The notes under the pieces are model-generated. The model worked only from the letters and a program-made list of their open reading frames with translations. It searched no databases and had not been told where the DNA came from. 64,000 nt of DNA from Azolla caroliniana (lineage: Eukaryota; Plantae; Polypodiophyta), in the NCBI GenBank assembly GCA_043228905.1, contig JBHGNT010000015.1, positions 11,656,001-11,720,000 of the forward strand, written 5' to 3'. A program made the position numbers and the translations under genes. Shown here in pieces: positions 1 through 12,900 of the stretch. Within the stretch, counting starts at the first letter, position 1; every line of letters begins with the position of its first letter.

Positions 1-463
1 CTTCCACGTGTCCATGCGTCCTCGGCTTTTCCAGTCGCGCCGAAATCGAATTCTTCATCGAATTCTGCATTCTGGACTTTGTGTCTCTCCTTTTTGGCTT
101 CACTCCTCCCCTTCAAGGTCGGCATATCGAGGTGTTGTATATCGAGCATGCCCAAGAATTGCCAGAACTTCTCTAGGCTGAGAGGTTTGGTGAAGATGTC
201 GGCCACCTGCCAATCAGTCGGAACATACACAAGTTTGACTTCACCAGAGAAGACTGCACCTCGATGTGCTTGGTTCACAAGTTGGAGGCTGCTGAGGTTT
301 TCATAGTATATCATTGTCGGTTCAGACACCTCCACCTATAGATTCTTCAATAGCCTTTTGAGCCAAATGGCTTCGCAGGTGGCAACAACTGCCCCTCGAT
401 ACTCAACCTCAGTGCTCGACAGTGCCACTGTCGGTGGCTTTTTGCTGCTCCAGAGGATTGCAA
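1..463 (-). pseudogene. Ty1/copia RNase H C-terminal fragment
   Basis: Minus-strand translation gives WSSKKPPTVALSSTEVEYRGAVVATCEAIWLKRLL and VKLVYVPTDWQVADIFTKPL, copia RNase H motifs; disrupted. Confidence 0.85.
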
Positions 464-3170
464 CGCCTCACAATGAAAACATGAATCCAAATATTGACAT
501 GCATGTGATGTTCAGTGGGATGACCAAGCCCTTTGCAACCATTTTCATTGGGGCCTTCAAAGTGATGTTTAAAATCTACTACTAAACTTCCCAGAGCCGA
601 CTTCATTATCGCAATCCATCAAGCAAGCAGTTAGTTGTGACAATCGCCTTTTTGAACTTTGACAAGAGGAACGGGCGACTTCCAAGTTGTCGCCCTTTCT
701 CCATGTTAAACCTATGGTATAACCCCAAGCGACTGCGAGATCTTCTCCAACGACATCGTTTAATGATCCTAATCCGATGGAAATTGATCAAGCTCGAGCC
801 CCACTCACTATAGCCGAACGACACCATCGACGAACCAATGGGCTATGTCTATACTACAACACCTCTACCCATCTAATTCATTTTTTCCCACTCAAAAGCA
901 ATATGTGACAAGTTTATCAGGACAATCCAACTAGTGGATCCCAACATTCGGAAAAAGACGAAGTCCAACTACATTAGGAGCCATGTGGTTGGACAATAGA
1001 CATACATGTTGCTCCCAAAGTTCTACTAACAAATTTTCCTTCGAGGTAACTCTTTGTTTTCAATCTATTTCAATTCAATCCTTAACGCTACTCGATTCCA
1101 GGGCCACGATGTGTTTTATGGACGAAACGTTCGTTTGTAAACTCAACTTTTGTGTTGTCCATTTGTCCAAGCCTATCCCAATCAAAGCTATCGATGATCG
1201 AATGCTCTCCTCTAGCGCAGTCACCAAAGCCACGGTCCCCCTCATTTTGCAGCTCGGGACCCATTAGGAGGCCTTATCATTTTACCTCATCACTTCACCG
1301 TGGTATCCAATCATACTTGGGTTGTCTTCGTTGAAAGCGAATAACCCTATTATAGATTGGCACAACCACTCACTTAGTTTTCAACTACAAACTCGCATGG
1401 AGGTTGGAGCGGCTTCCAATGTCGTTGTGTCAGAATGGCCCGAATCGTGTTCTGTCGAGCATTCCGCCATTCAACTCGGACCAATGCACTCGGATGATCA
1501 TGCCCCAGTCACAATGCACTCCATCTCAATGGGCAATGATGCAGAGTTGAGTACCCCAGCTTTGGTTCCTATGAAAGCCAATATGGACTCACTTCCATCT
1601 AAATATGGTGACTTTACTCATGTGTTTGAGAAGAAGAATGCAGATCACTTACTGGAGCATCGACCATATTATTATCCGATAGATCTAGAGGAGGGCACAT
1701 CTCCACCCTTTGGACCCATTTATGGTCTCTCTAAACCAGAACTAGAGGCTCTTCGCACATATCTCGATGAAAATTTGGAAAAGGGCGATCCAACCGTCTA
1801 AGTCACCAGCTGGGGCCCCCATCTTGTTTGTGAAGAAAAAGGATGGATCGTTGCGTCTATCTGTGGATTACCGTGGCCTCAATAAAATCACGGTACATAA
1901 TCAATACCCTTTACTTCTCATCCTAGAGCTCCTCGATCACCTTCCTTGTGCACAGGTCTTCTCCAAGATTGACTTGCGGGGAGCATACAACTTGGTTCGG
2001 ATTAAACCTGGTGATGAATGGAAGAAGACATTTCGTACATGATATGGACACTTCCAGTACAAGGTAATGCCTTTTGGACTCACTAATGCTCCAGTTGTTT
2101 TTCAACATATGATGAATGACATATTTCGAGAATATCTCGATCACTTTGTCGTTATCTACCTTGATGACATTCTTGTCTTCTCGTCGAGCATTGAAGAGCA
2201 TACTCACCACGTTCGATTGATTCTCTGTGGCAAGAGAGAAAAATGTGAGTTTGATTGCAATTCCATAGAATTTCTTGGTTATGTTATCTCCCCCAGGGCA
2301 GTAGCATGGATCCAAGGAAAATCAAATCAATTCAAGAATGGGTCACCCCAAAACGAGTAAAGGATGTCCAGTCATTCCTTGGTTTTGCAAATTTCTATCA
2401 GTGATTTATCAAGGGATTCTCCATCATAGTCCAACCCTTGATTGAGCTTACTCGTAAAGAGATGTCGTTTCAATGGACTCCATCTACTCAACACGCCTTC
2501 GACCTACTCAAGGAAGTTTTTACCTGGGCTCCAGTCCTCCTTCATGTCGCCCCTACTAAGTCTTTTCAAGTTGAAACAGATGCCTCTGACTTTGCCATTT
2601 GTGCCACCTTATCCTAACCCGATGATGATGGCATCCTACATCCGGTGGCGTACTACTCTCGAAAATTCATAGCTCCAGAAATCAACTATCCCATCTATAA
2701 CAAGGAGCTCGTGACTATAGTGGCTGCTTTCACGGAGTGGAGATCTTACTTGGTTGGGGCGCAACATCGGGTTCAGGTATTAACAAATCATAAAAATTTA
2801 TTTTATTTCTCAACGACCCATACTTTGAATCGGCGGCAAGACTGTTGGTCAACTTTCTTAGTCGACTATGACTTTGAAATTGTCTTTCGGTCGGGGGCAC
2901 AAAACATGAAGGCTGATGCTGGTTCACGACAGTCGGATTTTGAGTTGAGCCCAAGGGATGAGGCCTATGCTCAACAATCTCAATGTTTGCTTAAACTAAA
3001 TCAATTCCAGCTCTTCGCCACATGCATGCTCCATGACGACTCGTTGCTTGAGGAGATAGCCAAAGCACTTCCCACCGACAAATTTACCAACGCAATTCAG
3101 GAAGGTCTTATTGATCCGTCTATTATCTTCAAGCTCGAGCACGATGACCATCCATTCCTTTTGGTCAATT
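464..3170 (+). mobile_element. Degenerate Ty3/gypsy (chromovirus-type) gag-PR-RT-RNase H fragment
   Basis: Protease [28 protein letters not shown] / MPFGLTNAP / YLDDILVFS, RNase H AYYSRK..NYPIYNKEL; many stops and frameshifts; no LTR seen. Confidence 0.9.
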
Positions 3171-4486
3171 GACCTTAAAAACATCAGGACCTTATCCACC
3201 CCCACCAGTCTTTGTTCTTGCTTTGGGAGATGAGAAAAGCGCTGCTAGAACTCTAGGAACGCCTTCATTGCACCTCGGTGTGTCTTCGCCAATGCTACCC
3301 ATTGGTCAAAGTTGCACCGACTCCATCCTTCGGCCTTTCGTAACCATATGCCTCCAATAGTAGCTCTTCAAAGGCCTCCCACGAACTATGCATTTCTCGG
3401 AGCTCTTTTCTGCGTTGTAGGCTTCCAAATTGAATTGGACTTTGTCACCGTTGAAACGGTCGACTCAATCGACCACGCTCTCGACAGCTTGATGCGCCGC
3501 TTCTCATCTTATCGTTGCTTGTCCGAACTCCATCACTACGTTCACCATTATCTCCACGAATTCTTCATCTTCCATCCTCGTCCTCCCATGCCACCCCTTC
3601 ATGTCGGGTTCACCAAAAGATGTTGCGAAAAATCCACGGCTTGCAGGTTCGGCTCGGACGAGGCCATCAGGGTCTTGAACTATGGAGAAACAGTGACGAG
3701 AGAACCAAGCTTCTTTGGTTGATATCACTCCAGCTAAGATACCGACCAAGTTGTCCATCTCAACCGTGCCAGATGCAACCGATTGAGAGAGAGACACACA
3801 CACTCACACACACCTCGTATACAGAAACCAGAAAAGAGAGAAACATCTGACACAAAGTGACACTTAATGCACAACTAGGAGTATATACATGATCAACTGA
3901 TTACATCTCCAGCTTCCAGCCAGGCCGAATGGACTAGATACAACGACTATCTGCAAGCAAGCCTCTAGTCGGGGAGCTCACAGTGCTCGCCGCTGCGAGT
4001 GGTGGCCTTGCACAAATAACATTGCAAAAACCGGAACCCTCAGAGCATACGAGCTTGATCAGAACTAAACCCTAAACACCAAAATAGAACCCCAATCCCT
4101 AACAAACAAAATGAGGAAAAAAAAAAATCGGGACCAAACTAAAAAACGGGGCACCCCTGTACAAGCGACTCTCCCCTCCTTACAAAGTCAGTCCAATATT
4201 CCTCTTTTTCAGAGGAGATATTTCCGTGCCTCGATTCCGAGGGTGATTGATGAGGTACATTAAACACCCTCACTTTCACACTCCCCCACTTCCTTCTACG
4301 TGTGCATGTGGACCGAATGTACACATCACATTTATTTCTTTATTAACTCCTTTGTACATTTGCACCCTTACATTTTCCTTTTACTCTTATTAACATTTTC
4401 CCTAGTGTACATGTGCAGTTGTTGCACTTCACCGTTCTTGCCCACTACGCTTGATTTTTTCACCGTTTCCAGAAATCCTCACGACA
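3171..4486 (-). mobile_element. Truncated Ty3/gypsy 5' part (putative LTR, leader and gag fragment) abutting copia H
   Basis: Minus strand begins TGTCGTGAGG at 4486, exactly where the copia H RT breaks off; gag-like peptide VDRFNGDKVQFNLEAYNAE at about 3410-3470; LTR inner end and PBS not resolved. Confidence 0.45.
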
Positions 4487-5557
4487 ACGTCATCTTTACT
4501 ACCAGTGAAAATATTTTGTCAAAATCAACATCCTTCTTTTGCTAAAATCCTTTCACACCCATTCGAGCTTGGTATCTAGGTGGATTCCTGCTTTCTCCCA
4601 GCTTCAATTTGTATACCCACTTGTTCCAAAGTGCCTTCTTTCCTTGTGTCAGTTCGATCGGTTCATACATGTGGTTCTCATGCAAGGAATCCATCTTGCC
4701 TTGCATGGCACTCAACCAATTTCGATTGGGGGTATCACTCTTAGCTTCCTCGAAGCTTTCCAAATCCCCTTTATCGGTTAAAAATACATATTCTCTATCC
4801 GGAAATCTTCATGGGGGCCTTCTTTCTCTCAGTGGGTATCTTCTACCTCCATTTGACGCAATCAGCTCCTATTTGACTTCTTTGGTCAGCTCTTCATCCG
4901 AGTCAGCTTCAGATCCTCGTTCGGTCGACTCTCTTCTTCCAAATAGTTCCCCTTGTTCCTTAGTCGACTCCCGACATTGCCAACCATCTATTCAGCCGAC
5001 TAGTTAGTATTTGAATTCCATCAAATTGACCGATGTCTGATTCGGCCAATCATCAACTCGGCTTGAATCAATAGCTGGAGGCCTATTTTCCATCTCCCAA
5101 TCGGCTATTATCTTCCCTTCCATAAAGAAAATATCTCGGCTCCTAATCACCCTTCTTGTCAATTAGGTCCCACAACCAATAGCCCAATTCATCTTCGTCA
5201 TAGCCGAGAAACTGACATAGTTGGTTCTTGGGATCAAGTTTCCCCCTCTGGTCCTTAGCTATATACACCCTTAGATGCCGGTATGACACCTCTTTGCCGA
5301 ACGGCACCCTTTGTGGTATGTCACCTTCCAATGGTACCGAAGGAGACCTGTTTATTATGTAAACGGTCGTCATCATCGCCTTGGCCCAGTATATTTTCGG
5401 CAATTTCGCATGTGCCAACATACTTCAGACTCCTTCCATGATAGTCAGGTTCATTCTCTAAACTATGCCGTTCAACTCCGGCGTCTTTGGCACTATGTAC
5501 TCTAGCTGGATGCCTTGCCATCGGTAGTACTCCTCAAACTGTCCTCGTATTCACCAT
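4487..5557 (-). pseudogene. copia H integrase C-terminal half and RT start
   Basis: MLAHAKLPKIYWAKAMMTTVYIINRSPS, ESFEEAK..WLSAMQ, NKWVYKLK; colinear with the F polyprotein. Confidence 0.85.
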
Positions 5558-5958
5558 TGTTAAGAATCAAGCTCAACCTAGCCTAGTGTGTGAACACACC
5601 CTAAAGAGTGTATGAACACTCAAAGACCAAAAGTCACACCACTACTCTTTACACATTAACTATGTGTCATAGAATCATATTCAATGACACATAACTAATG
5701 AGTTCCCACATTCCCTATGAATCATGAGCTTTGGTAGTTAATGAAGAAAGAGAGGGACTATATAAAGCCCTCTTCTCCTACTTTGTAATATGTCGATTAA
5801 TCTCCTTTGTAATATAAATCTTCTTCAATATTTTTCTATTGTCTATTCTATCTATCTTGTGTCTCTCTCCTCTCCTCTTCTCAAACACACACACACACAC
5901 ACACACAACACATCTCTAACCTATTCCGTTGCACAGAATCCTACCACAATTCTTTACA
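5558..5958 (+). repeat. 5' LTR of copia I
   Basis: Direct repeat of 29248-29642; TATATAAA at about 5759; followed directly by the PBS. Confidence 0.95.
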
Positions 5959-5970
5959 TGGTATCAGAGC
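5959..5970 (+). promoter_or_regulatory. PBS (tRNA-iMet) of copia I
   Basis: TGGTATCAGAGC immediately after the LTR. Confidence 0.95.
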
Positions 5971-6128
5971 AGTTTGGTAGCTCGATCTCTAGCCCATCCG
6001 CATGTTGTGCTCTATGCCGACGTTCAAGAAGAACGGGCTCATCGCTATCGTAGTGCGACTACATAGCTTGTGTTCGAGAGAGAAGGAAAAGAAAAGAAGA
6101 AAAATCTTCATTGACAATGAATACTCAA

Positions 6129-9100
6129 ATGGCGAGCGCTCTCCCTAGCGAAAAGTTGGACCAAAACAACTTCGCATCTTGGTAGTACAAGATGCACCAA
6201 TACGATGTTGGTCAAGGTTATTGGAGCTACATCAAAGGAGCACAAGAAAATCGGCCCGACCCGAAAGAAACCAACTACTGAACATGGGCGCAAGCGGTAA
6301 GTCGAGTAATGTATTGCTTGGTGACATGTATTCATGACTACATGCTCAGCTACATTCGAGAAGCCACAACGCCAAAGGAAGCATGGGAGAATCTAAGGAA
6401 GATATTCTCCGCCAATACGACAACACGAAAGCTTCAACTCCGCCAAGAGTTGAACAACATCCAACAACGGAACATGTCCATCACAAGCTACACCTTGAAG
6501 ATCAAGGAGCTTTTTGACTCGCTCGGCTCTATAAGAGTCAATGTGGATGATGATGAGATGGTGCAAATATGCCTCGGCGGCATTGCACCACTGTTCGGCG
6601 TGATGAGAACCACCGTCCTAGCAAGGGAGAATCCTCCCTCTTTCTTGGATCTTCAATCCATATTTTTGGTTGAAGGAAACTATGTTCGAACAAGGAGCAA
6701 CACCTCGGAAGGCCACATGCTCTACACAAATTCGAATGGAGGAAGAGAACGTGAACGAGCAAGACGCCAATTTGGCCAAGGACGAGGCGGACGAGGTCTG
6801 ACTTACGATAAAAACTCCCAATTCTGGCAACAAGATGGAAGCCATCGAGGAACCTTCGGAAGAAGGGGGAGCTTCCATTACGGTCCGAGCCGACAAACCT
6901 CAATTGAATGCGGATATTGCGGAAAAATAAGCCACCATGAAGAAGACTGTTGAAAGAAGACACGGAGTCGGCTTCCACAAGCCGAAAACTCACAAATTAC
7001 ACCACTAACTTTGATTATGAAGACCATGGAGGAATGTTTGTTTATGAGACATAGAGAAAATTCTATGTCGGTCTCAACTTCGACTAATGTGTCCAATCCA
7101 GAAGATGTAGGGTTTGTCGACTTCGGTGCCTCGAACCATATGACGTCCCATCAATAATAGTTCCGAGACATACGAGAGCTGGATCGACCTAGTTATGTTG
7201 ACACCGGAGATGACACCACACATCCGATTCCACATGTCAGCAATGTCCCATTTAGGAAAGACGGCAAACAAACGTGCATAAAAAATGTCTTACATGTACC
7301 CACCATAACGAAGAATTTGGTCTCGGTCAGCCAAATTGTGGAGCAAGGGATGCAAGTTCGACTCAACCAAGGTACTTGCTTCATCGAGAAGGAAGGTCGA
7401 CTAATTTCTCGTGGTCGAAGGGAAAGCCGAATGTTTATCCTTGAAGCGAACGAGGTAAAATTGGCCATGTTTGCAAAGGGCCTCAAACCCGACACTGACA
7501 TAGAGCTATGGCATAAAAAAATCAGACATATCAATCTCAACAAACTCAAGACGATGCAATCGAAAGGAGTCGTCGTTGGGATCCTGACCTCCAAAGAGAA
7601 AGAGATTGAAGGAGTATGTGAAGCATGCCAATTCGGCAAGCAACGTCAGCACCCGTTCCCGAAGGAGAGGAACGTGAGCAAAGGCCTTTTGGATGTGGTC
7701 CACTGAGATGTGTGGGAACCGGCACTTAGGGCCACATTCGGAGGATGTTGGTACTACTTTACCTTCATCGATGACTTCTCTAGATACACATGGATCTTTC
7801 CCATGAAGATGAAATGTGAAGTGTTTACACACTTCCAAAAATCAAAAGCGAAGTCGAAAAGACAACTGGCTGCCATGTACGATGTCTTTGGTCGGACGGA
7901 GGAAAGGAATATTTCTCCGATGTGTTCACAGCTTCGACAAGAAGGAATTCGGCGAGAATGCACTTGCCAACACACACCGCAATAGAACAGTGCAGCCGAA
8001 CGCAAGAATTTGCACATCCTCAAAGTAGCAAGGCACATGCTAATAAGAAGCATATGCCCAAGTCATATTGGGCAGAAGCTGCCAATACTGTCGTCTATCT
8101 CATGAACCGGTGCACAACATCTCGAGTGCACGAGGTCACTCCTCACGAGAAGTATTATGGAAAGAAGCCGGATCTATCCCTTCTTAGGATATTCGGCTCA
8201 CTTGCATACGTGCACATCCCCGACGAGCAATGGCAAAAGCTAGATCCCATGTCAAAGAAATGTATCCTCGTAGGATACTGGAGCAAAAAGGGTACAAGTG
8301 CTTCAACTCCTCTTCTCGGAAGGTTCGTGTAAGTCGGGATGTTGTCTTTGACGAATCGACATCATGGTACAAACCCGAGCTGACTTCTCCTGAACTATCT
8401 ACGAATGACCTCAACAACACAGAAGATAATGATCAACTAAGGTCAATACTCGAAGAGACTCCGATCTTAACTAGGTTAAGCGGACCACAAGAACCTCCAA
8501 GCAACCAAAGCACATCTCGTCCAAGTCCAAAGATGGACACTCGATAGTGAGTTTGATGGCTTTGATGCGCCTCATTGAGGCCACCCGGAGTTAAGAAAGC
8601 ACTCACATTGGCAAATGAGAAACTCCGTCGCTCCACCCGAGAGAAGAATCTGGTTAGCCGATTCAGCAACGACGACTATATGGCATACCACTATGCCTTT
8701 ATGATGAAGGTGGCATCCGTTCGAGAACTGGAGAGCTTTGTCGAAACCGCTAAAGATCCGCGATGGGTCGAAGCGATGAACAACAAGATGCAAGCTCTCA
8801 ACAAGAACGAGACATGGGATCTCGTCCCTCACTCATTGCACAAGAAGGCAATTGGTTGCAGTATAATGCCGATGGTTCTGTCAACCGCTACAAAGCTCGA
8901 CTCGTAGCAAAGGGCTACGTGTAAACACGTGGAGTCGACTATGAAGAGGCCTTTGCCCCGGTGGCAAATATGACAACCATGAGGACCATGATAACGATTG
9001 TTGCAGCGAAAGGGTGGCACCTCCACCAGATGGATGTCAAGAACACCTTTCTTCATGGTGAATTGGAAGAGGAGGTGTATATGGTTCAGCCACCCTGCGT

Positions 9101-9399
9101 CGAATCCAAAATTCATTCGAAAGTCGTCTGCCGATTAAAGAAGCCACTCTACAACCTTAAGCAAGCACCACGTGCTTGGCATTTGATGATAACACAATAT
9201 CTTCATCGAATTGGCTTTCGAATGTCAAAATCTGACAACTCTCTCTATGTAAGAAGCGATTCCCAAAGTCCGATTGTCATCATCCTATATGTGGATGATT
9301 TGGTCATTGGAGGTGAGCGTCTAGTTGACATTAACAAGGTCAAGTTCCTCCTCTCCAACAAATTCAAGATGACGGACATGAAAGAGCTTCATTACTTCC
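6129..9399 (+). pseudogene. copia I gag-PR-INT-RT (5' segment)
   Basis: MASALPSEKLDQNNFASW, CGYCGKISH Zn knuckle, WHKKIRH/CEACQFGK, FIDDFSR, LHQMDVKNTFL, LYVDD; stops and frameshifts. Confidence 0.92.
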
Positions 9400-9859
9400 T
9401 GTTACCCAGCAGGCAAGAAGGCTTAAGGAGGTCCAAACCAGAGTGTGAAAGGAATAGTTTATCTGGGAACTATTGTAATTAGTAGTCTTAATATATATTA
9501 ATATATGAGAAGATGTGGACGGACGGACCAGAATCGGTATGCCGATCCGGATCTGGACCGATCTTGAAAAGGTGCCGGTTGGCACCGTTTTGTACTTCGC
9601 ACCGGAGACCTATATAAAGGCCCGGTTACAATGTAATCGACAGTGGATAATTAATAGAACTTATTGCCTTAATCTTTCAGTATTGATTACCATTTTGTAC
9701 TCATTGTTATATCTTACGCATGTTAATGATGTGTTGCTAAGTAACCGATTAAGGTCTAATTAAGCGTTGTGTCGTAAGTCATCTTGCCGTAACACCCTTT
9801 GGTGAAGTGTCTTAAGTGGACACCCTGTGTTAGGCTGTTGTCCGGCCCTAGGATTAACA
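9400..9859 (+). repeat. 5' LTR of gypsy A
   Basis: TGTTAC..TTAACA; about 20 differences by eye from 17868-18327. Confidence 0.95.
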
Positions 9860-9866
9860 CAGTTTT

Positions 9867-9877
9867 TGGCGACCACG
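9867..9877 (+). promoter_or_regulatory. PBS of gypsy A (tRNA-Arg-like)
   Basis: TGGCGACCACG, 7 nt after the LTR; the same motif follows the 5' LTRs of B and C. tRNA identity is inferred. Confidence 0.75.
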
Positions 9878-9914
9878 ATTCCTGCACAATCGTAGTGAAC
9901 AGCGGCGGGAATGG

Positions 9915-12900
9915 ATGACTAGGCCAACAGATGACCTGGTTACGGAGAGAGCACGAAGACTTGCTGAACGGCGAAGGCGGGGAGAGGCTTTCCACTAAGC
10001 AGCGGAAGAAATCCAATTGGATCAATCATTTTCCAAAGTGATCCGGAAAGTGGCAGAGGAGTTGCTCCGTCTGCAACAAAACGCCTACCCGGACGAAGGA
10101 AGCAGCTTAAGCAGCCTCCGGGAAGTGGAATCCCTTCTCCAGGCCTTGGATGGAAGAGAGGGCGAATCCGAAGCATTTTCAGCGCTGGAATCGGATTCGG
10201 AAGGGGGTTACAGTGCGCACACGAACTAGCGCAGCAGTAACGACACCCTAGGAGGACCAGAGGACAAGGAGTCGGATACATTACCAACACCGAAACTAGA
10301 GTTGTCAGACCGGGAACCCCCGGCACTAGGCGGGGAGCAACCTCCGACCTCCGACACCGGAAGTCGAGCCGGCAACACCAAAGGAAGAATGGCAAAGACC
10401 TCCGACGCCGACGGAACAGCAGGAAAGACCACCGACACCGCCAGCCCGTGTACCGACACCTGACGACAACATGGCATTCCAGTACTCCGAGTATAGGGAT
10501 GATCCGGACGCGGAGGCTCATGTTCACGAGTTTCAACAAACGTGGGAGGCGAACCATGTGTCACAACGGTTAACTGCAGCCGAAGAGGAATGATCTAAGA
10601 TAGCCGAATTCGGCGTGACATTGGAAGGACCGACCGCTAGATGGCACCGGACTCAGGACCCCAGCACCATCACCAACTTTGCGGACCTGAAAGATAAATG
10701 CTTGCACTTCTTTCAAAAGGAGGTGGACCAGAGAGAAATGGTGGGCCTATTTTATACCATCCAGCAGGACCCCGGGGAGAGCATTCCGCAGTTTGTCATT
10801 CGGTTTCAACGGATGCACAGTCAGCTTACCCGCACACCTCCGGAAGAAGAAACACGGGCTATATTCTTAGCCGCGCTCCAGGAACCTCTACGAACGGTAT
10901 GCACGGTCATCAACTTTCGCACAAGCACCGTTGACCAGGTCATCGACCGGGTTAGAGAAATGGAGAAAACGAGCTCTTGGCTAACAATGGGAGCCCTCCA
11001 ACGAGCGTTACCAACTGATGAGGATCTCCGGTTCTGGCAAGCAATCCAATGCACGATCTGCTTGAATTCCGGACACTCGTCACTGGAGTGCACCATGCGG
11101 ACGCACTGCTTACTCTACCAATCTACGAGGCACACGATGGACCGGTGCGAATATAACTTATTGAATCAGCAAGCACCACCAGTCCGGCAAATCGAGCCAC
11201 GTAGCAGCCGAGACAAAGAAGACGAATGGTGGCGGCGAGAGGAGAGATATCGACCGGCACAAGATGTCCGGTATGACGATCGGTGAGACAATTATGACCG
11301 GTACAAGAGATATGACAGGTACCGAGATTACAATGGACGGTACGAGAATCACAACTGGGATCACTCCCCCGGGTGTCACCAACGACGGGAAGATTACGGG
11401 AGATATGACGACCAACACTGTCAAGGGTACCTCAACAAAAAGAACTTTAATAAAAAACAGCATTTCAAAAAAGGGAGCCACCCACGTGAACCGGAAAAAG
11501 GCGCCTCAAGCAGCCAACCGGGCCAGAGCCCCGCAGTTACCATAGGTCCTCCACCGGGTACAATAAACAATGTCGAATCCAGCAATACCCGGAAAGCATA
11601 TTCCTATTATTGCCGGCAAGAAGGACATTATAGTAATCAATGTTCGGCAAAGAGCTATGACAAGCGCCCGGCAGTAAACATGGTAGTCGCTGAAGTCGCA
11701 GACCTACAACAGGTTACCACAAGGTTGAAGGGCAAGACGACGGAATGGGAGACACAAGAGGCAATCCAGAAGTAGGCAATGGAATGGGTGAAAAAGGCAA
11801 ATGAGCGAAACGTAGCAGAACTTGCACAGCAAAAGGAGAACACCGAAGAGCTCACCGGAGGCAGTCAGACCGAAAATACAACATGGCAGGCATTGCAGGA
11901 GTGCCAAATCACGCTGCCATTAGGACGGCTTCTGCAACTATTGCCCAGATTCATAGAAGAACTCAAGACAGGCATGACGGCAGAAGAAACACCATCGGCA
12001 CCAACATTCTTCTCAAATCCGGAGGAAGGACCGGCGGTGGTAGACACAAACAGTCCAACGATCACAGCCATCGTGAAGGGAAAGGAGTTACCCGAAACAG
12101 TAATAGATGGAGGATCCGGCGTCAATGCGATTAGCCTCCGAACATGCACAACCTTGGGAATCCAAGAGTGGGAACCATGCCCGTTTTGGCTACGGATGGC
12201 GGATACAAGCTCGGTGCGACCGACCGGCTTGATACGAGATTTGGAAGTAACTATCGGCGGCCACACATTTCACATCTCGGCAGTAGTGCTACAATTACAG
12301 GCACAAGGAGCTTACCCGCTATTGTTGGGATGGCTGTGGCTAAAAACGGCGTACATTAAACAAAATTAGAGGAAGAATATAATCACCTTCTGGCGGGGAA
12401 AAGCAAAAGTACGGGTACTGACACAACCACGGACGGGTACAGGGAAGGAATTGACACCCCTATATGTCGAATGTGTCAATATGTTGGACGGGTTAGCAAA
12501 CGAAGAGGTGGATCAATACTTGCAAGATAATCCGAGGATAGTACCTCTGTTTGAAATCGACGTAGATGAAGCCGTATCACCATACATACTGCCACCGGAC
12601 GAAGCGGACGAAGAACCAAATAAAGAAGCGATCCGGGAGCTACGGCAAGCACAAGAAGCGCTGGAAAGAGAAATGGCCGTATCACAACGGGTTAAAGCAT
12701 CCCAACTAGAGGACATCAATCTAGGAACTACGGAAGAGGTGATACCGGTGCAGATAGCCAAGGAAATGACTAGTGCAGATAGCCAAGATGGTATCGGCCT
12801 GTATATTACGCAAGACGGAAGTTATCCCAAGCCGAATGAAATTACTCCACCACGGAAAGGGAAGCTTTAGGCATGATCTACAACATAACAAAATTCAGGC

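Noticed and set aside
9400-9859. Hammerhead ribozyme / retrozyme in the structured LTRs
   Set aside because: No CUGANGA plus GAAA core found by eye on either strand.
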